Assembly (NCBI GenBank): GCA_016185525.1
Contig: JACPNK010000006.1
Span: forward strand, 22,728 to 86,727
Reading direction: 5' to 3'
DNA: 64,000 nt
Origin: Candidatus Yanofskybacteria bacterium
GTDB taxonomy: Bacteria; Patescibacteriota; Minisyncoccia; 2-02-FULL-40-12; IGHO2-12-FULL-4
In this document: positions 19,829-28,355 of the stretch, piece after piece
Layout of the letters: every line of letters starts with the position of its first letter
Numbering within the stretch: position 1 is the first letter of the stretch
The notes under the pieces: model-generated
Seen by the model: the letters and a program-made list of their open reading frames with translations, nothing else
What the model was told of the DNA's origin: nothing
The model's database searches: none
Translations under genes and position numbers: made by a program

Positions 19829-20422
19829 ATGCGTTGGAATCCAGTTGAACAAGTACAGGATGTCGTGAACAAGTTCGGGACCGAGGAGCGCGTCAAGCGT
19901 TTCCAGTCCGGCGAGCTCGTGCTCGTGGAACGGACGGACCCTCGTGCAGTCGCGATGGTCCTCAACTTCGAGCGGAAGGTCTCGGTGGCCAGCCGCCGGT
20001 TCGTCACCGGCGAGAGCTTCACCAAGAGCAATCCCAAGGTGAAGTTTGGCCACATTGACGAGAAGGTCGTCAAGCTTTTTGGCAAGAGCCAGGACGTGCC
20101 GGCCGGCGAGCTGGCCACACACACGCTCTTACTGCCTAAGCACGATCCCGAAATCATGGTCGCTCTTGGACCTCAGTCCAGGCGTTTCATCAAGCTGGGC
20201 CAGTTCTACCAGTTGATCGAAGCGCAGGGCCAGGGCCAGGAAGGCTCCCTTCTCGTCAACGGATGCGCGAACATTGCGTACATTCTTGACGAGAACGGCG
20301 CGCCTTGGGCGGTCAGCGCGTACTGGGGCCCGATCGATGGCGACTGGCGCATGTGCGTTAACTCGGTTGCCCGCCTGCACGCGTGGCTTGCCGGCAGCCG
20401 GGTTCTCTCGCAAGTCGGATAA
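19829..20422 (+). CDS. DGR target protein 1 with C-terminal variable region
   Basis: GC-rich ORF with AGGAGG RBS; 3' end matches TR at 20701-20810. Confidence 0.9.
   Translation: MRWNPVEQVQDVVNKFGTEERVKRFQSGELVLVERTDPRAVAMVLNFERKVSVASRRFVTGESFTKSNPKVKFGHIDEKVVKLFGKSQDVPAGELATHTLLLPKHDPEIMVALGPQSRRFIKLGQFYQLIEAQGQGQEGSLLVNGCANIAYILDENGAPWAVSAYWGPIDGDWRMCVNSVARLHAWLAGSRVLSQVG
20304..20413 (+). repeat. DGR variable repeat VR1
   Basis: 110-bp ungapped match to TR1; by manual count 19 of 20 mismatches are at TR adenines. Confidence 0.95.
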
Positions 20423-20700
20423 GAACTGGGTTCCTTGGGAACTTGGTTCTTGGGCCGGCAGTAGCTTCAACGCTGTTGCCGGCTCATTTTTATTTCTATA
20501 AAATACAACTTGGATATTAGGCGAATCTGCTGATCTCCAATTGGATATCAGCGGCCGAACTCTAAGCGCGCATTCAGATTGCTATCGGAGCTTAAAAACG
20601 AAGATACTTGGTGCGGAACACTATGTGAGTCAGCTCACGAATTCGATGCAGTCCCGAGAGTATTCAACGGACAGTGGTAATGGTGGTGTTTCGCACAGAG

Positions 20701-20810
20701 CTTGGGCGGTCAACGCGAACTGGAACCCGAACTATGGCGACTGGAACATGAACGTTAACTCGGTTGCCAACCTGAACGAATGGAATGCCGGCAACCAGGT
20801 TCTCTCGAAA
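20701..20810 (+). repeat. DGR template repeat TR1
   Basis: AAC-rich copy of VR1. Confidence 0.95.
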
Positions 20811-20820
20811 TTCTCTTCGT

Positions 20821-21168
20821 TCAAAAACTCCTTTGCGGAGTTTTTGTTTGTTTTTGCCAGCCGCCGAGCATTTTGCCTATCTCATTCAGATGATTCGACA
20901 ATGTTACATATTTCTTTACATCAAGTATTTCTATTTCCCATGCAATCTGTAATATAAATTTCAACATATCAAATGAGTCCGAGGCCTTGGCAAGATAAAA
21001 TCCTTTTTGTTCACGGTTTTTATGAGCTGCAATAAATAAATGTTCCGTGGTTTCGATAAACAGGTTATCAATTTTTAGACCAATAGTATATCGATTGATT
21101 TTCTCTAATCTAATAAAATATTCATGCCAAACTTTGTAAACCACAATCAACTTTTGGATAATCGGCAA
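20821..21168 (-). CDS. avd: DGR accessory variability determinant Avd (four-helix bundle), antisense to TR and RT
   Basis: RYTIGLKID...LKFILQIAWE...EIGKMLGGW; likely true ATG at 21211, in frame only if the G10 tract is G9 or G12. Confidence 0.88.
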   Translation of the reverse strand: MPIIQKLIVVYKVWHEYFIRLEKINRYTIGLKIDNLFIETTEHLFIAAHKNREQKGFYLAKASDSFDMLKFILQIAWEIEILDVKKYVTLSNHLNEIGKMLGGWQKQTKTPQRSF

Positions 21169-21177
21169 AGTAGCGCT

Positions 21178-21187
21178 GGGGGGGGGG
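21178..21187. repeat. G10 homopolymer in the avd/RT head-to-head overlap
   Basis: CT-GGGGGGGGGG-CGTAG read directly from sequence. Confidence 0.9.
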
Positions 21188-21232
21188 CGTAGAAGGATTG
21201 AATTTGGTCATAGTTTTGATGAGGTTATTAGT

Positions 21233-22177
21233 TTGGAAAATTTACTGGAATCCTGGAAAGAGTTCCTGAAAGGCAAACGCAAGAGAAAGGATGTCCAGGA
21301 GTTTGGCCTTTTTCTGATGGATAATATTATAGGCCTGCACAACGATCTTGACAATCATACATATAACCACGGGCCATATCAAGCGTTTCGCATAAATGAT
21401 CCCAAACCGAGACAGATACACAAGTCATTGGTCCGTGACCGGTTGCTCCACCATGCTATTTATCGTCAACTCTATCCGTTTTTTGATCGAATGTTTACTG
21501 CCGACTCCTTCTCATGCCGACTTGGCAAGGGGACACACAAAGCATTAAACAGGTTCAGAAGTTTTGCATTCAAAGTCAGCAAAAACAACACCAGGACGTG
21601 TTGGATTTTGAAATGTGATATCAAGAAGTTCTTTGAGAATATTGACCACGAGGTTTTGCTTAGCATCTTAAAAGAATACATCCGTGACCGGAACACTATC
21701 TGGCTTTTAGAGAGAGTGATTTACAGCTTCTCATCCGCTCCAGGTAGGGGATTGCCTCTCGGCAATCTCACCTCGCAGTTGTTCGTGAATATCTATATGA
21801 ACGAATTTGATCAGTTTGTGAAGCACAATTTGAAGGCAAAATACTATATCAGATATGCCGATGACTTTGTGGTCTTGTTTCAAGACAAATCTTGGCTCGA
21901 AGAGATGCTTCCTAAAATGGGTGACTTTCTGGAAGAAAGATTAAAACTTGAACTTCATCCAGACAAGGTTTTTATCAAAACGTTTGCTTCGGGAGTTGAC
22001 TTCCTTGGCTGGGTTCACTTTCCAGATCACAGAGCATTGAGAACGACTACCAAGAAGCGGATGCTTAAAAGGATTAAGGCAAAACAGGATATTAGCACAA
22101 CCAAATCTTATTTGGGACTTATTAGTCATGGAAATGCTAAAAAACTAGAAAAAGAGATATTAAGGATTTCTGAATAA
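21233..22177 (+). CDS. DGR reverse transcriptase
   Basis: RDRLLHHA, LKCDIKKFF, GLPLGNLTSQ, YIRYADDF, GVDFLG; no maturase or HNH; frame stays open upstream through the G tract, likely ATG at 21124 if G9 or G12. Confidence 0.95.
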   Translation: MENLLESWKEFLKGKRKRKDVQEFGLFLMDNIIGLHNDLDNHTYNHGPYQAFRINDPKPRQIHKSLVRDRLLHHAIYRQLYPFFDRMFTADSFSCRLGKGTHKALNRFRSFAFKVSKNNTRTCWILKCDIKKFFENIDHEVLLSILKEYIRDRNTIWLLERVIYSFSSAPGRGLPLGNLTSQLFVNIYMNEFDQFVKHNLKAKYYIRYADDFVVLFQDKSWLEEMLPKMGDFLEERLKLELHPDKVFIKTFASGVDFLGWVHFPDHRALRTTTKKRMLKRIKAKQDISTTKSYLGLISHGNAKKLEKEILRISE

Positions 22178-22406
22178 TTTCTGTAGAGGGGGAAGTTTTA
22201 TTGTAAACTGAAACGGGATGTATTTGAGCCGGTTATCGTCAAATCCATGTCGCATTGCGTTCCGACTATACCAATCTGGAGCATTTTGGTAATTTATCAT
22301 TTTAAACCCACCTTCTCAAGTTAACTTGCTATCATCAGGATCTTATGATTTAATTCCGATATAATTACTAATGTAAATTTAGTGAGTGTTTGGTAAATTA
22401 TTATTT

Positions 22407-22976
22407 ATGGAAAACGGCTATTTTTATTCACGAAGAGAAAACGTCAACGATTTGTACTATGATGCTATGGAATTGCTTCATGGAAACATTGAGGAGGCCA
22501 GGAAAGCTGAAAAATTATTAGCAAAAGCTCTTGGCCTGGATCCTAATAATATCCAAACGCATATTGGTTTTGCGCATTTGTACGGACGTCTTAAAAATAA
22601 AAAGAAAACAGAAGAACATATCAAGAAGGCCTACGAAGAAACAACTAAGAAATTTCCGGTTTGGCCCAAGCGTATGGAGTGGGGCGACATGGATAATCGG
22701 GCGTATATGAGAGCGATACAATACCGCGCTGATCTTTACGCTGATGATGGAGAAAAAGAAAAAGCCGTAAGTTTATATCGGCTGCTTCTTAAGTTGAATC
22801 CCAACGATAACCAGGGTGCTAGGTACACCATCTCTGGTGTCTATGCCGGAATAAGCGGAAAAGAAATTAATAAAATGTTTGACGAGTGCAACAGGCGACA
22901 AAATTGGGCTAGGCTTGAAGACCTGATCAAAAAACAAAATGCCAAACACAAGTTTTGGAAAGAACCAAGATTTTGA
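22407..22976 (+). CDS. TPR-repeat protein
   Basis: KALGLDPNNIQTHIGFA and LLKLNPNDNQGARY helical repeats. Confidence 0.75.
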   Translation: MENGYFYSRRENVNDLYYDAMELLHGNIEEARKAEKLLAKALGLDPNNIQTHIGFAHLYGRLKNKKKTEEHIKKAYEETTKKFPVWPKRMEWGDMDNRAYMRAIQYRADLYADDGEKEKAVSLYRLLLKLNPNDNQGARYTISGVYAGISGKEINKMFDECNRRQNWARLEDLIKKQNAKHKFWKEPRF

Positions 22977-23019
22977 GAAGATTGTTGATATCAAATTTCC
23001 TACATGGTATATAATAAAA

Positions 23020-23358
23020 ATGAGTACAATTCATGAGTACCTCATTGATACAGAAGATTATAGAGGCAAGCGGGTAATCTTTACTGAAGCTAAGCGTCTA
23101 GAAAAGTCAGCCCAGCATGCCGAATTAAACAATAAGCAGTTTCTAAAAAATATTGAGCCGACCATTAAAGATCCCGAAGAGGTCTGGCCAGACTATAGTG
23201 ACAAAAATAGAAAAGCATGTTATTATAAGAAATACTCAGCCACTACTTATGTTAAGGTGGTAATTTGGATATATGACAGTCCTTGTCGAGTAGTTACTGC
23301 TTATGAAACTGATAAAATTAAGGAAATGCTATATCCAGAATTAAATCGTCTTAAATAA
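23020..23358 (+). CDS. Putative BECR/RelE-like nuclease toxin
   Basis: H..L...IEPTIKDPEEV...YYKKY...VKVVI...VVTAY pattern; own promoter TTGATA..TATAAT. Confidence 0.55.
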   Translation: MSTIHEYLIDTEDYRGKRVIFTEAKRLEKSAQHAELNNKQFLKNIEPTIKDPEEVWPDYSDKNRKACYYKKYSATTYVKVVIWIYDSPCRVVTAYETDKIKEMLYPELNRLK

Positions 23359-23368
23359 TTATAAAAAC

Positions 23369-23791
23369 ATGACAACTAACATTAAACAAAATAGAGAGTT
23401 TATTGACCTAGCCTCAAATCTCCAAGGATTTATTCAGAAAAACGGTTGGATTAGTAGATACGATCTTGAAAGTGATGCCTTTTCAATTACCACCCCGAAT
23501 TTATCGGAGGACGCTAGAATTCGCTATTTCGATGATGAGATAGCTCTTTATGTTACGAATGACAATAAGATTGAGGGTATCTTTATGGAATACTTCAAGA
23601 GTAATTTTGTCCAACACCATAAAGACCTCAAGCCTGTTTTAGAAAATATAGAAAAAGAACAAGGAAAGAAAGAAATCGGTCTTGTCCAATTAGGTAAAGA
23701 TAAAATACAAAAACTCGCTCCTGACATACAGGAAGCCCTCCAGGTGCTTCTGGCAGAGAAGCTTAATCTAGGATTAAACCAAGCTCGATAG
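23369..23791 (+). CDS. DUF2283-like putative antitoxin
   Basis: RYDLESDAFSI...KIEGIFMEYF; directly downstream of putative toxin. Confidence 0.5.
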   Translation: MTTNIKQNREFIDLASNLQGFIQKNGWISRYDLESDAFSITTPNLSEDARIRYFDDEIALYVTNDNKIEGIFMEYFKSNFVQHHKDLKPVLENIEKEQGKKEIGLVQLGKDKIQKLAPDIQEALQVLLAEKLNLGLNQAR

Positions 23792-24543
23792 TAGCCTGCT
23801 CAAATAATTGCTAAGGATTACCAAATAACTTCTGGACAGGAGGTAATTTTTTTTGAAACTAAAAGGTATCAGTTTTACCGGCATATTACCATAGCTGTAT
23901 CGCATTGCGTTCATACGATTCCTATTTGCATATGCGGTGAATATTAGCAAAAATCCAGTAGATACACCAGTTTTTGAACTTGACTTTTTGCTGAAAAGGT
24001 ATATAACTAAAGTATAGTTAGTATAGTTCCTTTATTTACTACTTGCCCGCTTCGACTCCTACTACCGTCTCGTTCGTCCTCGCAGGTAGCAAAAACCTGA
24101 GACTCTTGGTTCTTGGACCCCGTTCAGTTTACTGAACGGGGTCGTTTTCTTTGTAGCTTTTCAACTTTAAGCACTTTTACAGGCCTTGCCTGTCAGAATA
24201 CAATGAAATACCTCGCAAACCTGTGCAATCAGACGACCAATTCAAGAAAGTTCTGGCCCAAAACAATGCTTTACCACAGCAATGACCCTGAAGGCGTTGA
24301 AATAACGAGAGCCTTTACGACAAGTTTTGAAAAAGAAACTCTGCCTAAATATAGTGAGTAACTGGGTAGGGTAATCTGCTCTAATCAAAATAAAACCAAC
24401 CAACAAAAAAAACACCCCTCCGAGCCATATGTTGATATCTAATTTTCTATATGGTATATAATGAAGTTAAGGAAAATTTATAGTATAGAGCGTTGGTTAT
24501 AGGTAATGTTGACTTTTCTAGTTTACTAATTTATAATATTGCT

Positions 24544-24753
24544 ATGGTAAAAAATGTCAAAAATACTCTTCATATCGGTATTAAACAACTCCTAAAATTA
24601 GATGATAAGTTGGCGAAGCTGCGTAAGCCTACATCTATTGAGGAGGAGTCTTTGCATGCCCAACACAGATTTGAAGCGACATATTACTCAAACAAGCTTG
24701 AGGGGAATAAACTAACGAAAGAAGAGGCCAGAAAAGCTATTCTATTTAAGTAA
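24544..24753 (+). CDS. Class I Fic antitoxin (alpha-inh motif)
   Basis: SNKLEGN fits (S/T)xxxE(G/N); small ORF directly upstream of Fic gene. Confidence 0.7.
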   Translation: MVKNVKNTLHIGIKQLLKLDDKLAKLRKPTSIEEESLHAQHRFEATYYSNKLEGNKLTKEEARKAILFK

Positions 24754-24756
24754 TTA

Positions 24757-25388
24757 ATGAAACGTCCACTTAATAAACGTGAGTCAGACATATTAGAAGA
24801 AGAGGCCACTGGGAAGCCTCTTCTTCTTTACATAGACTTATCAAACGCTTAGTTCGTAAAAGACTTCCTTTAGAGCTGAGGTTTATTAAAACTGCACACA
24901 AAACTATTTTTGATATTGCTAAACAACCAGAAATCGGAGGCGTGTATCGAAACGACAACAGTCCAGAGTTAAAAAGAATAGATGGAACTACTCTGCCAAT
25001 GACAGATTGGCCCTTAATATCTAACGCAATGGCAGAACTTGATTCAGAACTTAGAGAAAAAACTAAAAATCTTGTGCATCCGAAAACTGAGCAAGGATAT
25101 TCTGAATTGATAATGCTAGCAACTAGACTTTCTCATAAACTGGTCTGTATACACCCCTTTAGAAATGGGAATGGAAGAGCGTCTAGATTATTATTAAATG
25201 CTATTCTTTTAAGAGCGGGCTTATCAGAAATTGCCATTAAAAAATCAAAACCAACATATCTCCGTGCCATGAGACAAGCTGATGATGGTGACTTTTCTCT
25301 TCTAGAGAACCTTGTTGTCAACGGGTTGGTCGAAACTAAAAAAATAAATTACTCAAGTATCCATTTGTCTTACCCATCAGGTCGCTAG
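24757..25388 (+). pseudogene. Fic-domain AMPylase, frameshifted near 24800-24812
   Basis: HPFRNGNGRASR motif; ATG 24757 frame stops early and the Fic frame has no start until 24942. Confidence 0.7.
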
Positions 25389-25493
25389 CTAAGGATTACC
25401 AAATAACTTTTGAGCAGGAGGAAGTTTTACTGTGAAACGGAATGGCATGAATTTAACTGATGAGCCGCTTGAGCTATGTCGTATTGCGTTCAT

Positions 25494-25513
25494 ACAATTC
25501 CGATTTTTAACAT
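25494..25513 (-). pseudogene. Displaced original ychF 5' end (MLKIGIV)
   Basis: ATG TTA AAA ATC GGA ATT GTA then TGA; TG-C-TACAAT -10 just upstream. Confidence 0.7.
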
Positions 25514-25670
25514 GTTCAGATTGTAGCAGAAAACTATGGAAAACCAAGAAAATAAAATTTAAAAACCGCCGTTACGGCGGGTCAAAAGCTTAGTCGCTCG
25601 AGTCATAATTTTGATTAAGCACCGCTTGTCAGCTTTTTACATTTTAGCGGAACAGGTTTAACATAAGAGA

Positions 25671-26477
25671 GTGCAAAAGCCATGGTACACGATAGAGGAA
25701 AAACACAAAAATAAGAAGCTGATTGTTTTTGATTTAGACGGTACGCTGACCGAGAGCAAAAAGGAGATAGACCAAGAGATGGCCTTGCTTTTGGCTAAAC
25801 TGCTTGAAAAAAAAGAAGTTGCCGTGGTTGGCGGCGGAAAATATGAGTTGTTTCAGAGTCAACTTTTGGCGAGGCTGAAAGTGCCGGAATCCTCACTGAA
25901 AAAACTTTTTATATTTCCAACTTCAGCCTCGTCCTTTTACAGTTATGTTAGGGGTTGGAAAAAAGTATATTCCAAAGAACTTTCAGAGGAAACACGGGCC
26001 AGAATTAAGAAGGCTTTTGAAGAAGTTTTCAAGGAAGTAAACTATAAACATCCCGAAAAAACTTATGGAGAGGTTATTGAAGACAGGGGTTCACAGGTTA
26101 CATTTTCCGTTTTTGGCCAGGACTTAGTTAAGGTTTTGGGCAAAAAAGGAGTTGAAATGAAAAAAGAATGGCGGGACAAAAATACTAGACTCAAATTAAG
26201 GCTCGCAAAGATGCTTCAAAAAAAACTGCCCGATTTGGAAGTCCGCGCGGCGGGCTATACTTCGATTGATGTAACTCAAAAGGGGATAGACAAGGCTTAT
26301 GGTTTAAGGCAAATAAAAAAGCATCTCGGAATTAAATTCAGCGAGATGCTGTTTGTAGGCGATGCTTTGTTTAAGGGCGGCAACGACTACGCTGCTCTTA
26401 AAACCGGCGTAGAATGTGTCGCGGTAAAGGGGCCGGAAGAAGCCAAGAAGATTATCAAATTCCTATTTTTTCTTTGA
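25671..26477 (+). CDS. HAD-IIB family hydrolase (phosphomannomutase-like)
   Basis: FDLDGTLTESK, IEDRGSQVTFS, TSIDVT, FVGDALFKGGND. Confidence 0.85.
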   Translation: MQKPWYTIEEKHKNKKLIVFDLDGTLTESKKEIDQEMALLLAKLLEKKEVAVVGGGKYELFQSQLLARLKVPESSLKKLFIFPTSASSFYSYVRGWKKVYSKELSEETRARIKKAFEEVFKEVNYKHPEKTYGEVIEDRGSQVTFSVFGQDLVKVLGKKGVEMKKEWRDKNTRLKLRLAKMLQKKLPDLEVRAAGYTSIDVTQKGIDKAYGLRQIKKHLGIKFSEMLFVGDALFKGGNDYAALKTGVECVAVKGPEEAKKIIKFLFFL

Positions 26478-27435
26478 TTTCTTTCAAGGTACTGCTTGCA
26501 ATTACTCTAGCTTTTTCTTCTGACTCTGTCAATACCTTATCAACATAGTCCATGTTGTTCTTGAGTTCACTGTATTTCTTTTGAAAAGGCTTTAGAAAAT
26601 CTACAACGACTTCAGCTAAGTCATTTTTAAAGTCCGCGTAAGTTTTGCCTTCATAGTCTTTTTCAATTTCTTCTATCGTTCTGCCGGATAGTAACTGGTA
26701 AATTGTGAGTAAATTGGAAATAGCCGGTTTTTTGTCCTCGTCATATTTTATTTCTTTGCCCGAATCAGTTACCGCCTTTTTTATTTTTTCTCTGACAACC
26801 TCCGGATTATCAGATAAGGCAATGCCCTCGTCGCCGGTTTTGGACATTTTTTTAGCCGGATCCTGCAGGGACATAACTCGGGCGCCTTCAGTAAGGTGTG
26901 GCTTGACCGTCTGGAAAGTTTCGCCGAAAAGATGGTTGAACTTTCTGGCAATTTCGTTTGTCAGGTCAATGTGGGGGAGCTGGTCGTCGCCGACTGGCAC
27001 AAGGTTTGATTTGTAAATTAAAATATCAGCGGCCATGAGCACCGGGTAGTCCAAAATTCCCATATGGGTGTACTTGCCCTGCGTCTGTTCTATTTTTTCC
27101 TTGTAAGTGGGTAAGCGGTCCAGCCAGCTTACCGGAGTTATTGTGTTAAAAATCCAAGCAAGCTCGGTATGCTGTGGAACTTTTGATTGGCGGATTAGTA
27201 TGGATTTTTCCGGATCAACGCCGGCGGCCATATAGTCCAAAACCGCTTCCATAACTTGCTGATGATAGGTTTTGGGGTCAAAAGGCGTGGTGATGCCGTG
27301 GTAGTCCACAACAGCAAAAACAGTCCTTTCCGTGTCCGGACTTTTTTGCAGTTCTACCCAATTTTTTATGGCGCCCAGATAGTTGCCTAGATGCAATTTA
27401 CCGGAAGGCCGTATACCGGAAAAAATTTTATTCAT
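26455..27435 (-). CDS. trpS: Tryptophan--tRNA ligase
   Basis: SGIRPSGKLHLGNYLG, YPVLMAADIL, VPVGDDQ, KKMSK. Confidence 0.98.
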   Translation of the reverse strand: MNKIFSGIRPSGKLHLGNYLGAIKNWVELQKSPDTERTVFAVVDYHGITTPFDPKTYHQQVMEAVLDYMAAGVDPEKSILIRQSKVPQHTELAWIFNTITPVSWLDRLPTYKEKIEQTQGKYTHMGILDYPVLMAADILIYKSNLVPVGDDQLPHIDLTNEIARKFNHLFGETFQTVKPHLTEGARVMSLQDPAKKMSKTGDEGIALSDNPEVVREKIKKAVTDSGKEIKYDEDKKPAISNLLTIYQLLSGRTIEEIEKDYEGKTYADFKNDLAEVVVDFLKPFQKKYSELKNNMDYVDKVLTESEEKARVIASSTLKEIKEKIGI

Positions 27436-27509
27436 ACAACTAAGAATACAGCATTAAAAGTTTTTAGACAATTTTACTGCGACCTGCTATAATTATTATA
27501 ATGGAATTT

Positions 27510-27605
27510 AACCAACCAACCAACCAACCAACCAACCAACCAACCAACCAACCAACCAACCAACCAACCAACCAACCAACCAACCAACCAACCAACCAAC
27601 CAACC
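27510..27605 (+). repeat. (AACC)24 tetranucleotide repeat after an ATG
   Basis: 96 bp perfect repeat starting 9 nt after ATG 27501. Confidence 0.95.
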
Positions 27606-27668
27606 TAAATTTTTAGAAGTTTGTTCGGTTCTACTATACAGATATACAGACCGTGATAAACGGTTTTT

Positions 27669-27838
27669 TTATTTTTCGGTTAACCAAAACCAGAATTGAT
27701 TTTTTAGTTCTCGTGACAATTTATATGAATTAGCATGACTTAAAACACCGAGATACGTTTGCAACGATTGTTCAAGAGTTTCAGTAGAAATAAGGTCTTG
27801 CTTTTGGCGGCTGGATAAAATCAACCCGCGATTGTTAA
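27669..27838. pseudogene. Fused remnants of DGR RT C-terminus (minus) and avd C-terminus (plus)
   Basis: Minus strand QSLQTYLGVLSHANSYKL resembles RT1 KSYLGLISHGNAKKL; plus strand GGWIKSTRDC* resembles Avd1 GGWQKQ. Confidence 0.7.
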
Positions 27839-27880
27839 AGAAATATCCTCCAAGCGGAGGATATTTCTTGTAAGAGAGAA

Positions 27881-27998
27881 AGAAGTTCCGGGAGGCACCA
27901 ACGCCCACGTTGTTGTTGCGATTGCCGTTCCAGTTATTGATGTTGAGGCCGTTCTCGTCGAAGTTGCCGACACACGAAACGTTGTCAGCGTTGGCCGA
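27881..27998 (-). repeat. DGR template repeat TR2
   Basis: AAC-rich 118-bp copy of VR2. Confidence 0.95.
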
Positions 27999-28355
27999 AA
28001 AGAACGCATAATGCCCATCTCCATCTATGTCACCGGGGATTTAGGTTTACCACCCAAGCGGGCCTATATCCTATCTCCCCTGAATTTTATTCGGGAGCAT
28101 CTGCTTTTTACGGCAGAACCTCCACTAAAGACAAGCAAGAAGTTCAATCTCAACTTTTTATCGCGCACTACCGTAATCCGTAAACGACGGTATTCCGGCG
28201 ATTCCTCAAAAGAAGAGGTGTCCGCGAGGTGAAGCCGTAACCGCATCTGCATTAGCAGACAAAGAAATTGTATCAAGTATTATTATAAAAACAAAACGAG
28301 CCTTCGGCGCTGCGAAAAAAAATTCGCGCCGAAGGCTCAAGCAAGGCTTCAAGGT

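Larger units (their letters stand above)
19540..22262. mobile_element. Cassette A in ychF 5' end, carrying a complete DGR
   Basis: Supplies current ychF start and promoter on the left; conserved end (GTCGCATTGCGTTC) and displaced ychF start MLQIGIVG (22261-22284) on the right. Confidence 0.7.
22263..23913. mobile_element. Cassette B in ychF 5' end (TPR protein plus putative toxin-antitoxin pair)
   Basis: Bounded by ychF-start remnants at 22261-22284 and 23914-23931; conserved right end. Confidence 0.65.
23914..25493. mobile_element. Cassette C in ychF 5' end (Fic module, DGR remnant)
   Basis: Starts with copy of cassette A left end; ends with conserved end next to MLKIGIV remnant 25494-25513. 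Confidence 0.65.

Noticed and set aside
20541-20957. 138-aa ORF spanning TR1
   Set aside because: Open frame is a by-product of the AAC-rich TR and antisense avd; no RBS or recognisable family
21233-22177. RT as group II intron, retron or Abi RT
   Set aside because: No maturase domain or intron RNA; adjacent Avd and an adenine-specific TR/VR pair identify a DGR
27510-27605. Possible CRISPR array
   Set aside because: Pure tetranucleotide repeat with no spacers; no cas genes or repeat-spacer array seen in the window
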